Assembly (NCBI RefSeq): GCF_004010195.1
Contig: NC_057719.1
Coordinates: forward strand, 37,262,138 to 37,326,137
Direction of reading: 5' to 3'
From: Chiloscyllium plagiosum
Taxonomy: Eukaryota
DNA length: 64,000 nucleotides
The notes beneath the pieces are model-generated. The model saw nothing but the letters and a program-made list of their open reading frames with translations, did not search any database and had not been told where the DNA came from. The first letter of the stretch is position 1. Every line of letters starts with the position of its first letter. Both the position numbers and the translations under genes were made by a program. Positions 40,200-50,700 of this stretch are shown one piece after another.

Positions 40200-40800
40200 T
40201 GTGCCTTGCACTGGACATGGTCCCATGCCACAAGAGTAACCTATTGCAAAATCATAGAAGTGATGCTTTTCATCCAATAACATTGATAACAGGACCACAC
40301 AGAAAGAATACCAATGGTTTCACTGTGAGCTTCCTGCCACTTTCAAGCTCACGCTGGCATTTCAGGTACTTAGAATTTTCCAATTTTCTATCCTCATTCT
40401 GTCCTGGACCTCAGGTTAAACTCATATCCTGCTCCCTTACCTCTTTTCCAACTCTCACTGAACTAAACTCATCCATGAAGCCTGCCATATGATCCCCTGA
40501 CCTGTTGACGAACCTCCTTTTCCCACCATGTGGTCTGGTCCTTGGATCTTTCAAACTATCAAATCCCTTTTTGAAAAAGAAATTTTGGTCCTCTCCATTC
40601 TCTGCAATGACCAGCATAACTCCAATACAGTCCTTCTCTCTAATGTCCTAAATCACAGCTACACTATTTCATGTTTGAGCCCTTCTTATTAGGCTTCCAT
40701 TTTGCCCACAGCAGGGATGATAATGGTCAAAGTTACAAGTATCATTCTTGATATCAGTTGCTCCTGACTTCCTGACTGACTTTGATAACATCAAGTACAC
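40200..40800 (+). mobile_element. Highly decayed L2-like RT remnant
   Basis: Degenerate PFLKK..ILCNDQHNSNTVLLSNVL and FEPFLLGFHFAHS..MVKVT, resembling L2 NYRPISNLPFLSKVL and QSGFRP.HSTETAL.KVTND. Confidence 0.45.
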
Positions 40801-41047
40801 GAACCCCACACTCCCGAAGCACTGTGGATTTGTTTCGCTGTTTCCTATTGCAACTTCAGTGGAAAATTGGTTAAATTCTCGGTAAAATAAATAGCTGTTT
40901 CTATTTCCAATAAAAGAGATTGGGAAAACCAATAGTGACATTCTACTTTTTCAGTTTCATAGTTCACTTCATGATATTAATCTTTGATTTTACTACTATT
41001 GAAAGAGTCATCATCACTAGTTGTGGCAAGGAGGGCTAATAATTGAT

Positions 41048-41268
41048 TAAAAAACTGAAAGAACTGCGGATGCTGTAAATCGGAAACAAAAACAGAAATT
41101 GCTGGAAAAGCTCAGCAAGCTTGGCAGCATCTGTGAACAGAAATCAGAATTAACATTTCAGGTCCAGTGACCCTTCCTCAGAACTGACCCTCATCGGACC
41201 TGAAATGTAAACTCTGATTTCTCTTCGCAGATGCTGCCAGACCTACTGAGCTTTTCTAGAAACTTCTG
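41048..41268. mobile_element. Penelope-like pLTR foldback insertion, older family
   Basis: Imperfect inverted arms with TSD TAATAATTGAT at 41037-41047 and 41269-41279. Hammerhead-like CTGAGGA-a-GGGTC-actg-GACCT-GAAA-TGTT on the minus strand at ~41149-41184. Confidence 0.75.
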
Positions 41269-41372
41269 TAATAATTGATGAATTCAATTTGGAGGATCCC
41301 TGCAGATACCAGAGTCCCTTCTCACCACAAAACTCTGGGCGAAAAGGTTCATTGGGACTTAGTCAATCTGCT

Positions 41373-41590
41373 ACTATTTGAAAGATAAAGTCACCATAGT
41401 GCCATAGAATTGTTCCCTCATTGGAGAGGGATGGCGAATGGTGAGTTTAACATGAGGGTCACCACTCCTCAGCTGATATTGAGAAGGTGGGACCTTTAAT
41501 CGTAACTTCAAGCAGTAAAGGAATTTAACCCATGCTGTTGGTATCACTCTATGTTGCAAACCTGCCATCCAGCCAAATGAGCTAATCAAT
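41373..41590 (-). mobile_element. tRNA-derived SINE of a different family
   Basis: Reverse complement starts TTAGCTCATTTGGCTGG (A-box) and contains GGGTTAAATTCC (B-box). Confidence 0.6.
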
Positions 41591-43479
41591 CTCCACATTG
41601 CTTAAGTGGTCAATTAATGATCACTTAAAGGCCTCAACATTAACTCCTCAATTACTTGTCTTCCCCACAGACATAAGAAGTGGCTGTTTTCTTGACTGGG
41701 GAACCAGTCTACCTGGTCTATTGGAGAGCTGAAATTTTCCCAATTTGTGGGCAATTGGAGACACAGATAGAGGACAAGGGGGTGGCCTTTGAAAGTACCC
41801 ATATGCCCTTGCATCTGAATCCTCTTGTCCCATAATCCCTACCCACAAGAAGTGAAAGAGAAAGATCTGCCTTTGTGCTGTTAGATACCCTAAAGAGTAG
41901 GTCAGATCAATGGTCTTTAGGACCCAGGAATGCCACCAGCAAGGCCTATAAAGGCCTGAGCTTGTCAGCTCTTAACAAGCTGATTGGTGTGGGATTAATT
42001 GAGTTTTCTTGGCAGTGCAGGTAGTGAGTTAGTCAATGGCTAACACGACAACCCCACATTTACCCTCTTAACGCGAAATTCACATTCAGATTCATCATGG
42101 CGTGAGCGGAGGCCGTTCAGCAGGCTGGGTCCATATTGGCTGTGTGTGGAGCAAACCAGTCACTCCTGTTACTCTGCTCTGTCCTCATAGCTGTGCAAAT
42201 TTATTCCCCTCAAATTGCATCCAATTGTAGTTTGAATTAATTAATTCCATCATCCAAGTATGCAGCCAACTCCAGTCCATTATCAAGTATCATTAAAAAA
42301 TATTCTTCCTCTCTTACTCTCTATATCTCTTGTCAAAAACTTGAAATCTGGTGTTCTTGGACCTTTACTAATTGCCAACAAATACAGCATTTCTTTGTCA
42401 TTGATATTTAAACCTGTCATAACCTTTTGAACCTCTATCAAAATCTCCTGTCAACATCCTTCTTCAAAAGAGAACAATCCTAGCTGCTATCACCAAATCT
42501 TGGGGTTAAAATCCCTCTTTGCCGTCCCTGGAACTATTCTGCTCTGCATTTTTTCAAGGATCCTCTCACCCTTTATAAAGTGTATTGACTAAAACTGGTT
42601 GCAGTACTTCAGTTGGGTCCAGAAAGAGCATTATAAAAGTTCAACATAACCCCTCTGCTTTTGTTTGCAATAGATCTATTTATGAAGCCCAAGATTTTAT
42701 ATCTTTTACTAATTACTCTCTGAATATCCTGCCTGGCATGGAAAGACTCCCAGGTTCCCCTTTCCCTATATATTCTTTCGAACTGTGCCATTAAGTTAGT
42801 GTTGATTGTCCCCATTTCTTCTGCCAAACTGTATCATCTCACACTTGCATGTGTGAAGTTGTATTTGCCACTTGACTGTCCATTCTGCTAGCATAGCTAT
42901 GCGCTATTGCAGTCAATTGATTATCATTCTCAGAGCTCATCACACCTGTTTGTACATTACCTTCAGTGCATATTATAATTTTACTCTTGCAATCCAATAT
43001 CAAAGTCACTTATACATGTCATAAAAAGTATTGATCCTTGGGGAATATCACATCTCTCATTCTACAATACAAAACATAAGGCGAGCACGATACACAATTC
43101 ACTGTCCTGAAACTATTTTTTAATCCAAGCTACATTGACCCTTCAAGGCTGTTACATTGTAAATATTATATCATGTTCAGTGATTCTTCTCCCACCCCTG
43201 TGTGGTACTCTTAGGTGTAGCCCAGGACTTCATGGTTAGATATTACCTCTTCTTCATTTATATACCATCCTTTGACAAAAGTACATGGAGTCAGGTTTCA
43301 CATTTATAAAAACTGGATATAAATATACAATTTGAACTGTGTTGCATTTCTATTTGTTTATGTTCTTTCCAAAATATGGCTACATTAAAGCAATATATGT
43401 TTTGTCCAGAATACATTTTTAACATTGTTGATCTCAAATAGGTCAGAGATGGGGAAAAAGTGCACAGACACCTATTCAC

Positions 43480-44487
43480 ATTGATACCTTTCAGCAACTT
43501 TAATTTATTGACGGTCAGTCACAAAACAAGTCTTTGAACCTTAATGTTAAAGAATGTACCAATAACTTTCATTTTTAAAAATCTCTACATACATTCCAAA
43601 TGTAAACCGCATATTTCAACTTTGCTGAAAGTGCGAGCTATATCACCAGCCCTACCTAATACCTTTCCTCTTTTTGTCCTCACAAGGAGACGGCTTTGTT
43701 TACAATGGGAAAATATCTATGCATACACCATATTGCTGGGTTGGGGGCGGGGGGTGGCGGATAGAGATGGAGTAGAAGTTGCACAGTCATAGATGTGCAG
43801 GCTTTTTCTCTCTGTGAACTGCCTCTGCAGGCTTAGAGTGCATTAGTCAGTGGTTCTGCAGTTAAATTGTAACTGTCCTCAAGACAACAGCTCCTTTCAA
43901 GGGAAGGGGGAAGAAAATATGCAGCAGCTTCCACCATCGTGACAACTGGAAGTCAACTCTCACCATGCTTCAGGAACAGATTGACAATCAGATACAAAAC
44001 AGACTGCGACATAAATTTAAGACACATTATACACAAAGCTTGTGTCAATACAAGAAATTTAGTGCATACAGTATTGATGGTAAACAGTTCATTAAAGCTT
44101 ATTTTAACTTCACAAAATTAAAGGTTGTGTTTACAGATATTTTGTTAGGGTAAACATATAAACAATACTGTACATTACCCTCACTTCACCACAGAGAAAC
44201 ATATTGAAGCCTGTAGAAACCAGGAGCAAGTCTATTTTCTGAAGTGACTGTCAGAACTGTTAAACAATCATGTACCACACACAATGCACCAGTAACCTTG
44301 CAGAGGCATGATTTTCCTGAGGTTTAAATAAAATCTTTTGACATTTAACAGAAATGCCAAATCATGGCCTGTAAAAGTGCAGGAACTTCTCTTGCTTTTT
44401 TGTTGCAGTTTAAACTTCTGGCAAAAAATCATCCCATGTGTAATATTTGCTGTGACAACCAAGCAAATTTCATGGCAGGAGGCCAGT
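43480..44487 (-). other. EML1: EML1 3'UTR (~1 kb, inferred)
   Basis: Repeat-free sequence between the stop codon and the first strong poly(A) signal. The 3' end is inferred without transcript data. Confidence 0.6.
43499..43509 (-). terminator. Polyadenylation signal of EML1 (overlapping AATAAA + ATTAAA)
   Basis: Minus strand reads cAATAAATTAAAgttg (AATAAA 43509-43504, ATTAAA 43504-43499). A GU/U-rich element (tgtctgtgcacttttt) follows ~30 nt downstream. Confidence 0.7.
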
Positions 44488-44613
44488 TTAAATGACCTTC
44501 CATTGCATGACACTCATGTCCTTCCCTCCAGTGGAGATCAGCTGACTGTCGTCGTGCAGAAAGTTTACACTGGTTACATGACTGCTGTGTCCTCCATATG
44601 TGTGGCTCGGAGC
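44488..44613 (-). CDS. EML1: EML1 last coding exon (41 aa + TAA)
   Basis: ttttaaccttgcAG|GCT CCG AGC...AAG GTC ATT TAA translates APSHTYGGHSSHVTSVNFLHDDSQLISTGGKDMSVMQWKVI*. The protein ends directly after the last WD repeat, as EML1 does; EML3 and EML4 have C-terminal extensions. The four exons total 441 nt in one open frame. Confidence 0.96.
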   Translation of the reverse strand, partial: APSHTYGGHSSHVTSVNFLHDDSQLISTGGKDMSVMQWKVI

Positions 44614-45012
44614 CTGCAAGGTTAAAAGAAGAATATTGATATGTTTGATCAGTTAACTGTGAATTAATGTTGCAAGAAAAATAAAATTATAACTCTCCTG
44701 CATCAAAAAGTTGTGAGACAAATGGAGACCTGAGCTTACTTGAATGCTGAAGGGACAGATATCAAACAAGTGCAGCTTTTGCTAATTCACTATGAAGGAA
44801 TTCAACTGCCACCAACTACAACCTTGCCCACACCATAACCAGGAAACTATCCACCCTTCGGGTCACCAACACTGGGTGGCCGAATTCCTGGCAGCTTACT
44901 CACATGATACTAGATGTTATCTACTCATATAACATGTGTCCACAGTTTGGAAACTAGTATTATATTTAGGTTTTATACATTACAAACTTTTCTCGAATTA
45001 TTCCATCTAAGG

Positions 45013-45578
45013 AGGACATTAATTAGGCCACTTTTGGAATACTGCGTACAATTCTGGTCTCGCTGCTATAGGAAGGATGTTGTGAAACTTGAAAGGATTC
45101 ATAAAAGATTTACAAGGATGTTGCCGGGTTTGGACGTTGTGAGCTAGAGGGAGAAGCTGAATCAGCTGGGGCTAGTTTACCTAGAATGACAGAGGATGAC
45201 GGGTGACCTTGTGGATGGTTATAACATCATGAGGGGTATACATAGGATGAAAAGCTAAGGTCTTTTCCCCAGGGTAGTGAAGTCCAAAACCAGAGGGCAT
45301 AGATTTAAGGTCAGAGGGGAATGATTTAAAAGGGACCTAAGGGGCAACTTTTTCATGCAGTGATTGGTGCATGTATGAATGAGCTGCCAGAGGAAGGGGT
45401 GGAGGCTTGTACAATTACAACATTTAAAAGGCATCTGGATAGGTACATGAATAGGAAAGGTTTAGAGGGATATGGATTAAATCCTGGCAAATGGGACTGG
45501 ATTAATTTAGAATATCTGGTCAGCATGGACAATTGGACCGAAGAGTCTGTTTCCATGCTGTACAGCTCTATGACTCTA
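45013..45578 (+). mobile_element. CR1/HER1-like LINE 3' fragment in the last EML1 intron (antisense to gene)
   Basis: RPLLEYCVQFWS...RFTRMLPGL and the 3' tail CTCTATGACTCTA. Confidence 0.9.
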
Positions 45579-45678
45579 ACTATGACAGACCTTTGTGGTC
45601 TTTCTTTTATATCTGGAACTTTTCTAAGCTACCTGTATCATTTTATCTGAATCCTACTTTAGTGTTAGATATCCAGTA

Positions 45679-45952
45679 AGAGAAAGTGAGGACTGCAGAT
45701 GCTGGAGATAAGAGCTGAAAAATGTGTTGCTGGAAAAGCGCAGCAGGTCAGGCAGCATCCAAGGAGCAGGAGAATCGACGTTTCGGGCATAAGCCCTTCT
45801 TCAGGAATGAGGAAGGTGTGCCAAGCAGGCTAAGATAAAAAGTACTCAATACTGGTAGAGCTGAAAATGTGTTGCTGGAAAAGCGCAGCAGGTCAGGCAG
45901 CATCCAAGGAGCAGGACAATCGACGTTTCAGGCATGAGCCCTACTTCAGGAA
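45679..45952 (-). mobile_element. Two adjacent Penelope pLTR fragments (45679-45840 and 45862-45952) in the last EML1 intron
   Basis: Both match the 32-kb and 55-kb pLTR family. The second is flanked by TSD TCAATACTGG(T/G)AGAGC at 45846-45861 and 45953-45968. Confidence 0.88.
45774..45807 (-). ncRNA. Minimal type-I hammerhead ribozyme motif (intact core)
   Basis: Minus strand ttc-CTGAAGA-a-GGGC-ttat-GCCC-GAAA-CGTC-gat. It has the CUGANGA core, a perfect stem II, GAAA, a palindromic ACGU stem III and a GUC cleavage triplet. Confidence 0.75.
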
Positions 45953-47048
45953 TCAATACTGGGAGAGCCATTTTATGAATTCTAAAGGGCCACACCATCT
46001 GATCCATGAAAATATTCCCTTTTAAATCTACAGTGCTCATTTCAGTGAAATACTCAGCTGTCTCAGCTGTAAAGGGGTTTGAAACTCTTTGAAATGATGT
46101 GTAAAATATATTAATATATACAATGAAGCTTAAATTTCTGAATCTTCTGATGCAAGAATAAGGATAAACAGCAATGCACAAGACACAGGAAGAAATGTAA
46201 AAAAGAGAAGATCAGATTTTGCACGCTAAAGAGTTGTATAAATTGGTAAAACATTTAGACCCCATAATCTACGAGTCTTTCCCCATTGCTCCAATTAAAC
46301 AGCCCACAAAATAGCAGGTACTTAATTAAGCCAAGGCTCCGTCATTTCAAGGTATGCCTATATGTCAGTTAAGGGCAAATCATCCAGCTATCTCTTAAAT
46401 AGTAAGAGGGCCCAAACAGAATGTGATTTACCTACCACCAGGTGTCACCACTCCTTAGGTTCATTCAAGACTCATTGAATAACTTGCAACTTTGAATGTT
46501 GACTGGACACTTATTGGGCTCGGGAAGGTCAGATTGAACAATGAATCCCACAGACTGAGTTGACACCAGAGACTCCATATCTAATTGCTATGCAAGCACT
46601 AGAGATATGGCTGAAGTGACACATGGCTAGCATAGCCCATTGTATGGCAATGCTTCTGGCTGACCCACAATTTCTTGCTGTATTGGCTTTTGGCCTTTAT
46701 TCACTCATTTTGTTAAATGACTGCAGATTCATGACTTAGGCTGCTGAAGCCAATACAACACTTTCCTGATTGCTGTTTTATTAGACAACAATAGATTCAG
46801 TTCTCCACTGGAAATTAATGGAGCAGATGGAGCACAAACTCCCAACCAGATCTTATAGAGTCTGACAACATTACATTCGATTGCAGACATCTAATATCTA
46901 GAGTCCTGGGAGCACATCACTTAGGTTGACCCTGAAAATATGAATGGATAATAAGGAAAACAACCTAAAGCAGAGAAGAAATGTTGTTTTTCTTCAAAAA
47001 CTTAAGTTCAACATTAATATGAAGAATTTAGTAAAAGTAAAGTCATAC

Positions 47049-47179
47049 CCTGGCTTGTGAACATGGACATGAAAACAGATGCACTTTGCCAAAGTCATCA
47101 CCTGTAGACAAAAGTTTTTTATCGTTGGATCTACACACAGCATTGATGTCAGTTCCATCTGATCCTTCAGGCCAGACTC
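47049..47179 (-). CDS. EML1: EML1 penultimate coding exon, 131 bp, phase 1/0
   Basis: gtgttgcAG|GA GTC TGG CCT GAA...GCC AGG|GTatga translates (G)VWPEGSDGTDINAVCRSNDKKLLSTGDDFGKVHLFSCPCSQAR. It lies within ORF-track entry 47043..47264. Confidence 0.96.
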
Positions 47180-47709
47180 CTGCAACACACAAGGTGCAGT
47201 AGATGGTGGTTACAAATTTAGGACTCTTCTGTCTTAGACTTCTAAAACTGTATTTGTTGCCCATGCCTCATTGCCCTTGAGAAGATGGTGGCAAGCAGCC
47301 TCTGGAACCACTGCATTCCATCTGGTAGAGGTACATCCACTGTTTTGGAATTGTGATCCAGCAACAGTGAAGGAATAGCGACATAGCTGCAAGTCAGGAC
47401 ATTGCATGGCTTGGAGCAGACCTGCAGGTAGTGGTGTGTCCATGTGCTTGCTGCTCTTGTTCTTTGAGGTGGCTGAGATTGCAGATTTGGAAAGTGCAAT
47501 CTAAAAAGCCTTAGTGAGTTATTGCAGCACATCCAATAGATAGAATACACTCGAAGTTGGTGATGGGGGACTGAATGTTTAAATTGGTGAATGGGCTGAT
47601 GAAATGAGCTGCATTGTCCTGGATAGTGTTGAGCTTCTTCAGTGTTGGAGCTCTACACATTCAGGTCAGTGGAGAGTTTTCCATCACATTTACCTGGACT
47701 TGGCATTTT

Positions 47710-50700
47710 TTTAAATAAATATTTTTATTGAGAAAAAGATTTTGAACTTTTTACAAAAGTATAAAATTACTACAAAATAATAGAACAACCTTGCAATGTA
47801 ACATCAATAACAGTAAACAAACTACTACTCTACACCACAAACAATCTGAGAGGAAAAAAACTCTACACAAACTACAACTCAATAAATAACTAAATCAAAA
47901 CACAAAGGAACTAAATTAAACCGAATTGAACCAAGGCAAATTACATTAAATTACGTTACATTGTAACACTCAGTGTAATCCCACCAAAGCTCCCTATCAC
48001 CGAGACCATCAATTGGCATTCCCTTATTTGTTTAGAATTCTTCTTCCCAGGGTCCCCAGGTCACCAGACACAGCCCTTACAGCTACACAAAGGCCTTAAC
48101 CAATATAGCCAATAAGTCCACATCTATATAGTTCAAAAAGGGCCCCACATCCGATAAAAAAGTTCAGTTTTCTGGTGCACCATACTTGTAAGGAAATCCA
48201 GGGAGACGTACTCCATGAGTAACCTACACCGAGAGTCCTGGGGGATTTTCCGATACCCAGCTCTTCAGAATGTTCTTCCTTGCACAAAATGAAAGAATAT
48301 TAAACAGTTTCTTCCCATGCGCGTCCAAAGAGGGGAGATTTGACAAACCCACGAGGAGGGACACCAGATCTACTTTGACCTCGGTTCCCAGGACCCATTC
48401 CAGAACACTCACTAAAGTGCCCCAATACCTACGAAGCTTGCGTCATGACCACAAGCAATGAGTAAGAGTACCAACATCTATTTAACATTTTGGGCACATT
48501 GGAGACACTCCTGTTTTAAATTTCACAAACCGCTCCAGTGCCAAATAAACCCTGTGGAGTACCTTCAACTGCATAGCCTGTGTCCTATTGCAAATCAAAA
48601 TCTTCCTTATGTTCTCACAAATACCCTCCCACTCCTCTGGTGAGATCTCCATCCCCAAATCCTGAGCATAGATTCCACACAACCGCTTGATGTCCCGTGA
48701 GACACGACCTCCTAATAAATGATAGAGGGTGCTGACCAAGAGAGTGCCCGTGGACTGAAGCACTCTCCTCTTCATATCTGACTTACAGGGACTAACCATT
48801 AATGTAGTTTTTTTTCTGCATAAAGTCCCTAATCTGAAAGAGGTCCCTCCTAAATAGCTCAGCTGTTTGAAGGACATCATGACCTCCCCATCAAATAAAT
48901 CTCCCAAACAGGAAATTCCTCTGGACTCCCAGAGCCGAAAGCCAGAATCTATCGCTCCCGGCCAGAATCCTACCAATCCTACTATTGAAGTAAAAGGGGA
49001 AGTTTTTTTGTAAATTGCCCTCACTTTGTCGCATCATTCTCTCTGCTTTAACCGTGTTAAGGGCAATCGAGTTTCTGCAGTGGTCTATTACAGTCCTCAT
49101 CTTGTCCATGAACATTAGATTAATGAGGGAACATTTCGCCTGGGAGGCCTCGATGTCCAGCCAGATTGACCGCAGATCCTGGCCAGCCCAATCAGCCACA
49201 TAGAACAGCAGGGAACTTAGTTATTTCTTAAAGTCTGGAAAATCCACACTCCCTATCCCCTGCGGAAGATGCAATTTGGCAAGCATAATAAGAGACCGCC
49301 TGTGACACCAGATAAAAGGGATAAGCCAACTGTTAAGTCTTATAGTGCTTGTCTATACTTCACTATATAACACTGCCACCCACCTGGCAAAGACCCCTCC
49401 AAGGCCAATCCATTCCAGCACATAAAAGAGGCACGGCCAGTCCACCCAGTCAAATACTTTCTCTGCATCCAGGGAGACTACCAAGCCTGGAAACACCCTT
49501 GCTGGCACACATAAGTCATATTTAGCACTCTCCTAATACTATTAGAGGATCTGCGATCCCTAATAAACCTGTCTAGGTAGGTATTTACAATGAAGGGCAC
49601 GACCTTCTCCAGCCTCAACGCCAACATTTTTGACAAAATGTTAAAGTCCACGTTTAATAATGATATGGGTCTATACGAAGTGCAATCCTCTGGGGCTTTC
49701 CCTCTCTTGAGAATAAGAGAAATATTTGCTTCACTCAGAGAGGATGGGAGACAGTCCTGATTGTACGAGTAAGTGGATCGGCCAGACGTCTATAAACTTC
49801 TTATAAAACTCATTCAGAAATCCATCTGGGCCGGGCGCCTTACCACTCTGGAGCTGCCTCACCGCCCTCCTGTATCTCTTGGATTATCAGAGGGACATTC
49901 AAAAGAGATGCCTGCTCTGAAGTTACACCTGGGAGATCCAAGGTCTTAAAAAAGTACTTCATCTTCGCCAATCTGCCCTCACAGCACTCCGACCGGTACA
50001 ACCCAGAGTAGAACATCCTGAATTCTGCATTAATCTTTTTGGGATTGCAGGTGATAGTACCAGAACCCTCTCTAATGGATGTGATGGATGGGGGGCACTC
50101 TTCCTTCTGGCCAAATATGCCAAATACCTACCCAGTTTATTACCATACTTGAATAACCTCTGTTTCACAAAGGAAGTCTCCCTCTTTGCTGTCTAGGTGA
50201 ATGCAGCATTCAGAGCAGCCTAGAGGACTGTAATCCACTGCATCTTAGTTACAGACGGTCTGTCAAAGTATGCAGTCTCAGATGCCTTCAGCCGAGCCTC
50301 GAGCAAACGTTGCTGCTCTCCCCTCTTACACTTCCTGGTTGCCGAATAAGAAATAGGCAAGCCCCTTGCATAGTCCTTGGCAGTTTGCCAGAGCACCGAC
50401 AGATTACTGATCGTAAACTAATTAATGTCCCAGAAAATTTTTAAATTCTCACAAAAAATACTCAATGAAGTTGTTATCTTTCAGGAGGAAAGGATCCATA
50501 CACCAATCCTGCAAGCCTGTCCCATCGTCACTGGCCTTAACCTCCATGTACACTGCTGCATGATCGGAAATGGCTATGTTCCCAATTCTACAGGACAGCA
50601 CCGAGTTCAAAAAGGCCGATGGGGCAAAAAACATATCAATCCTAGTGTAGCACTTGTGTGGGTTAGAAAAAAAGGTGAAGTCCTTACCCTCAGGGTGAAG

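Noticed and set aside
1..43000. First exon or promoter of the next gene (EVL by human synteny)
   Set aside because: No CpG island and no recognisable EVL coding sequence found. A very short first exon could be missed by eye.
46434..46449. CCACCAGGTGTCAC as a CTCF site (also CCACCAGGGCAGC at ~9940)
   Set aside because: Mismatch or wrong spacing in the conserved GGC part of the core; much weaker than the 14558 site.
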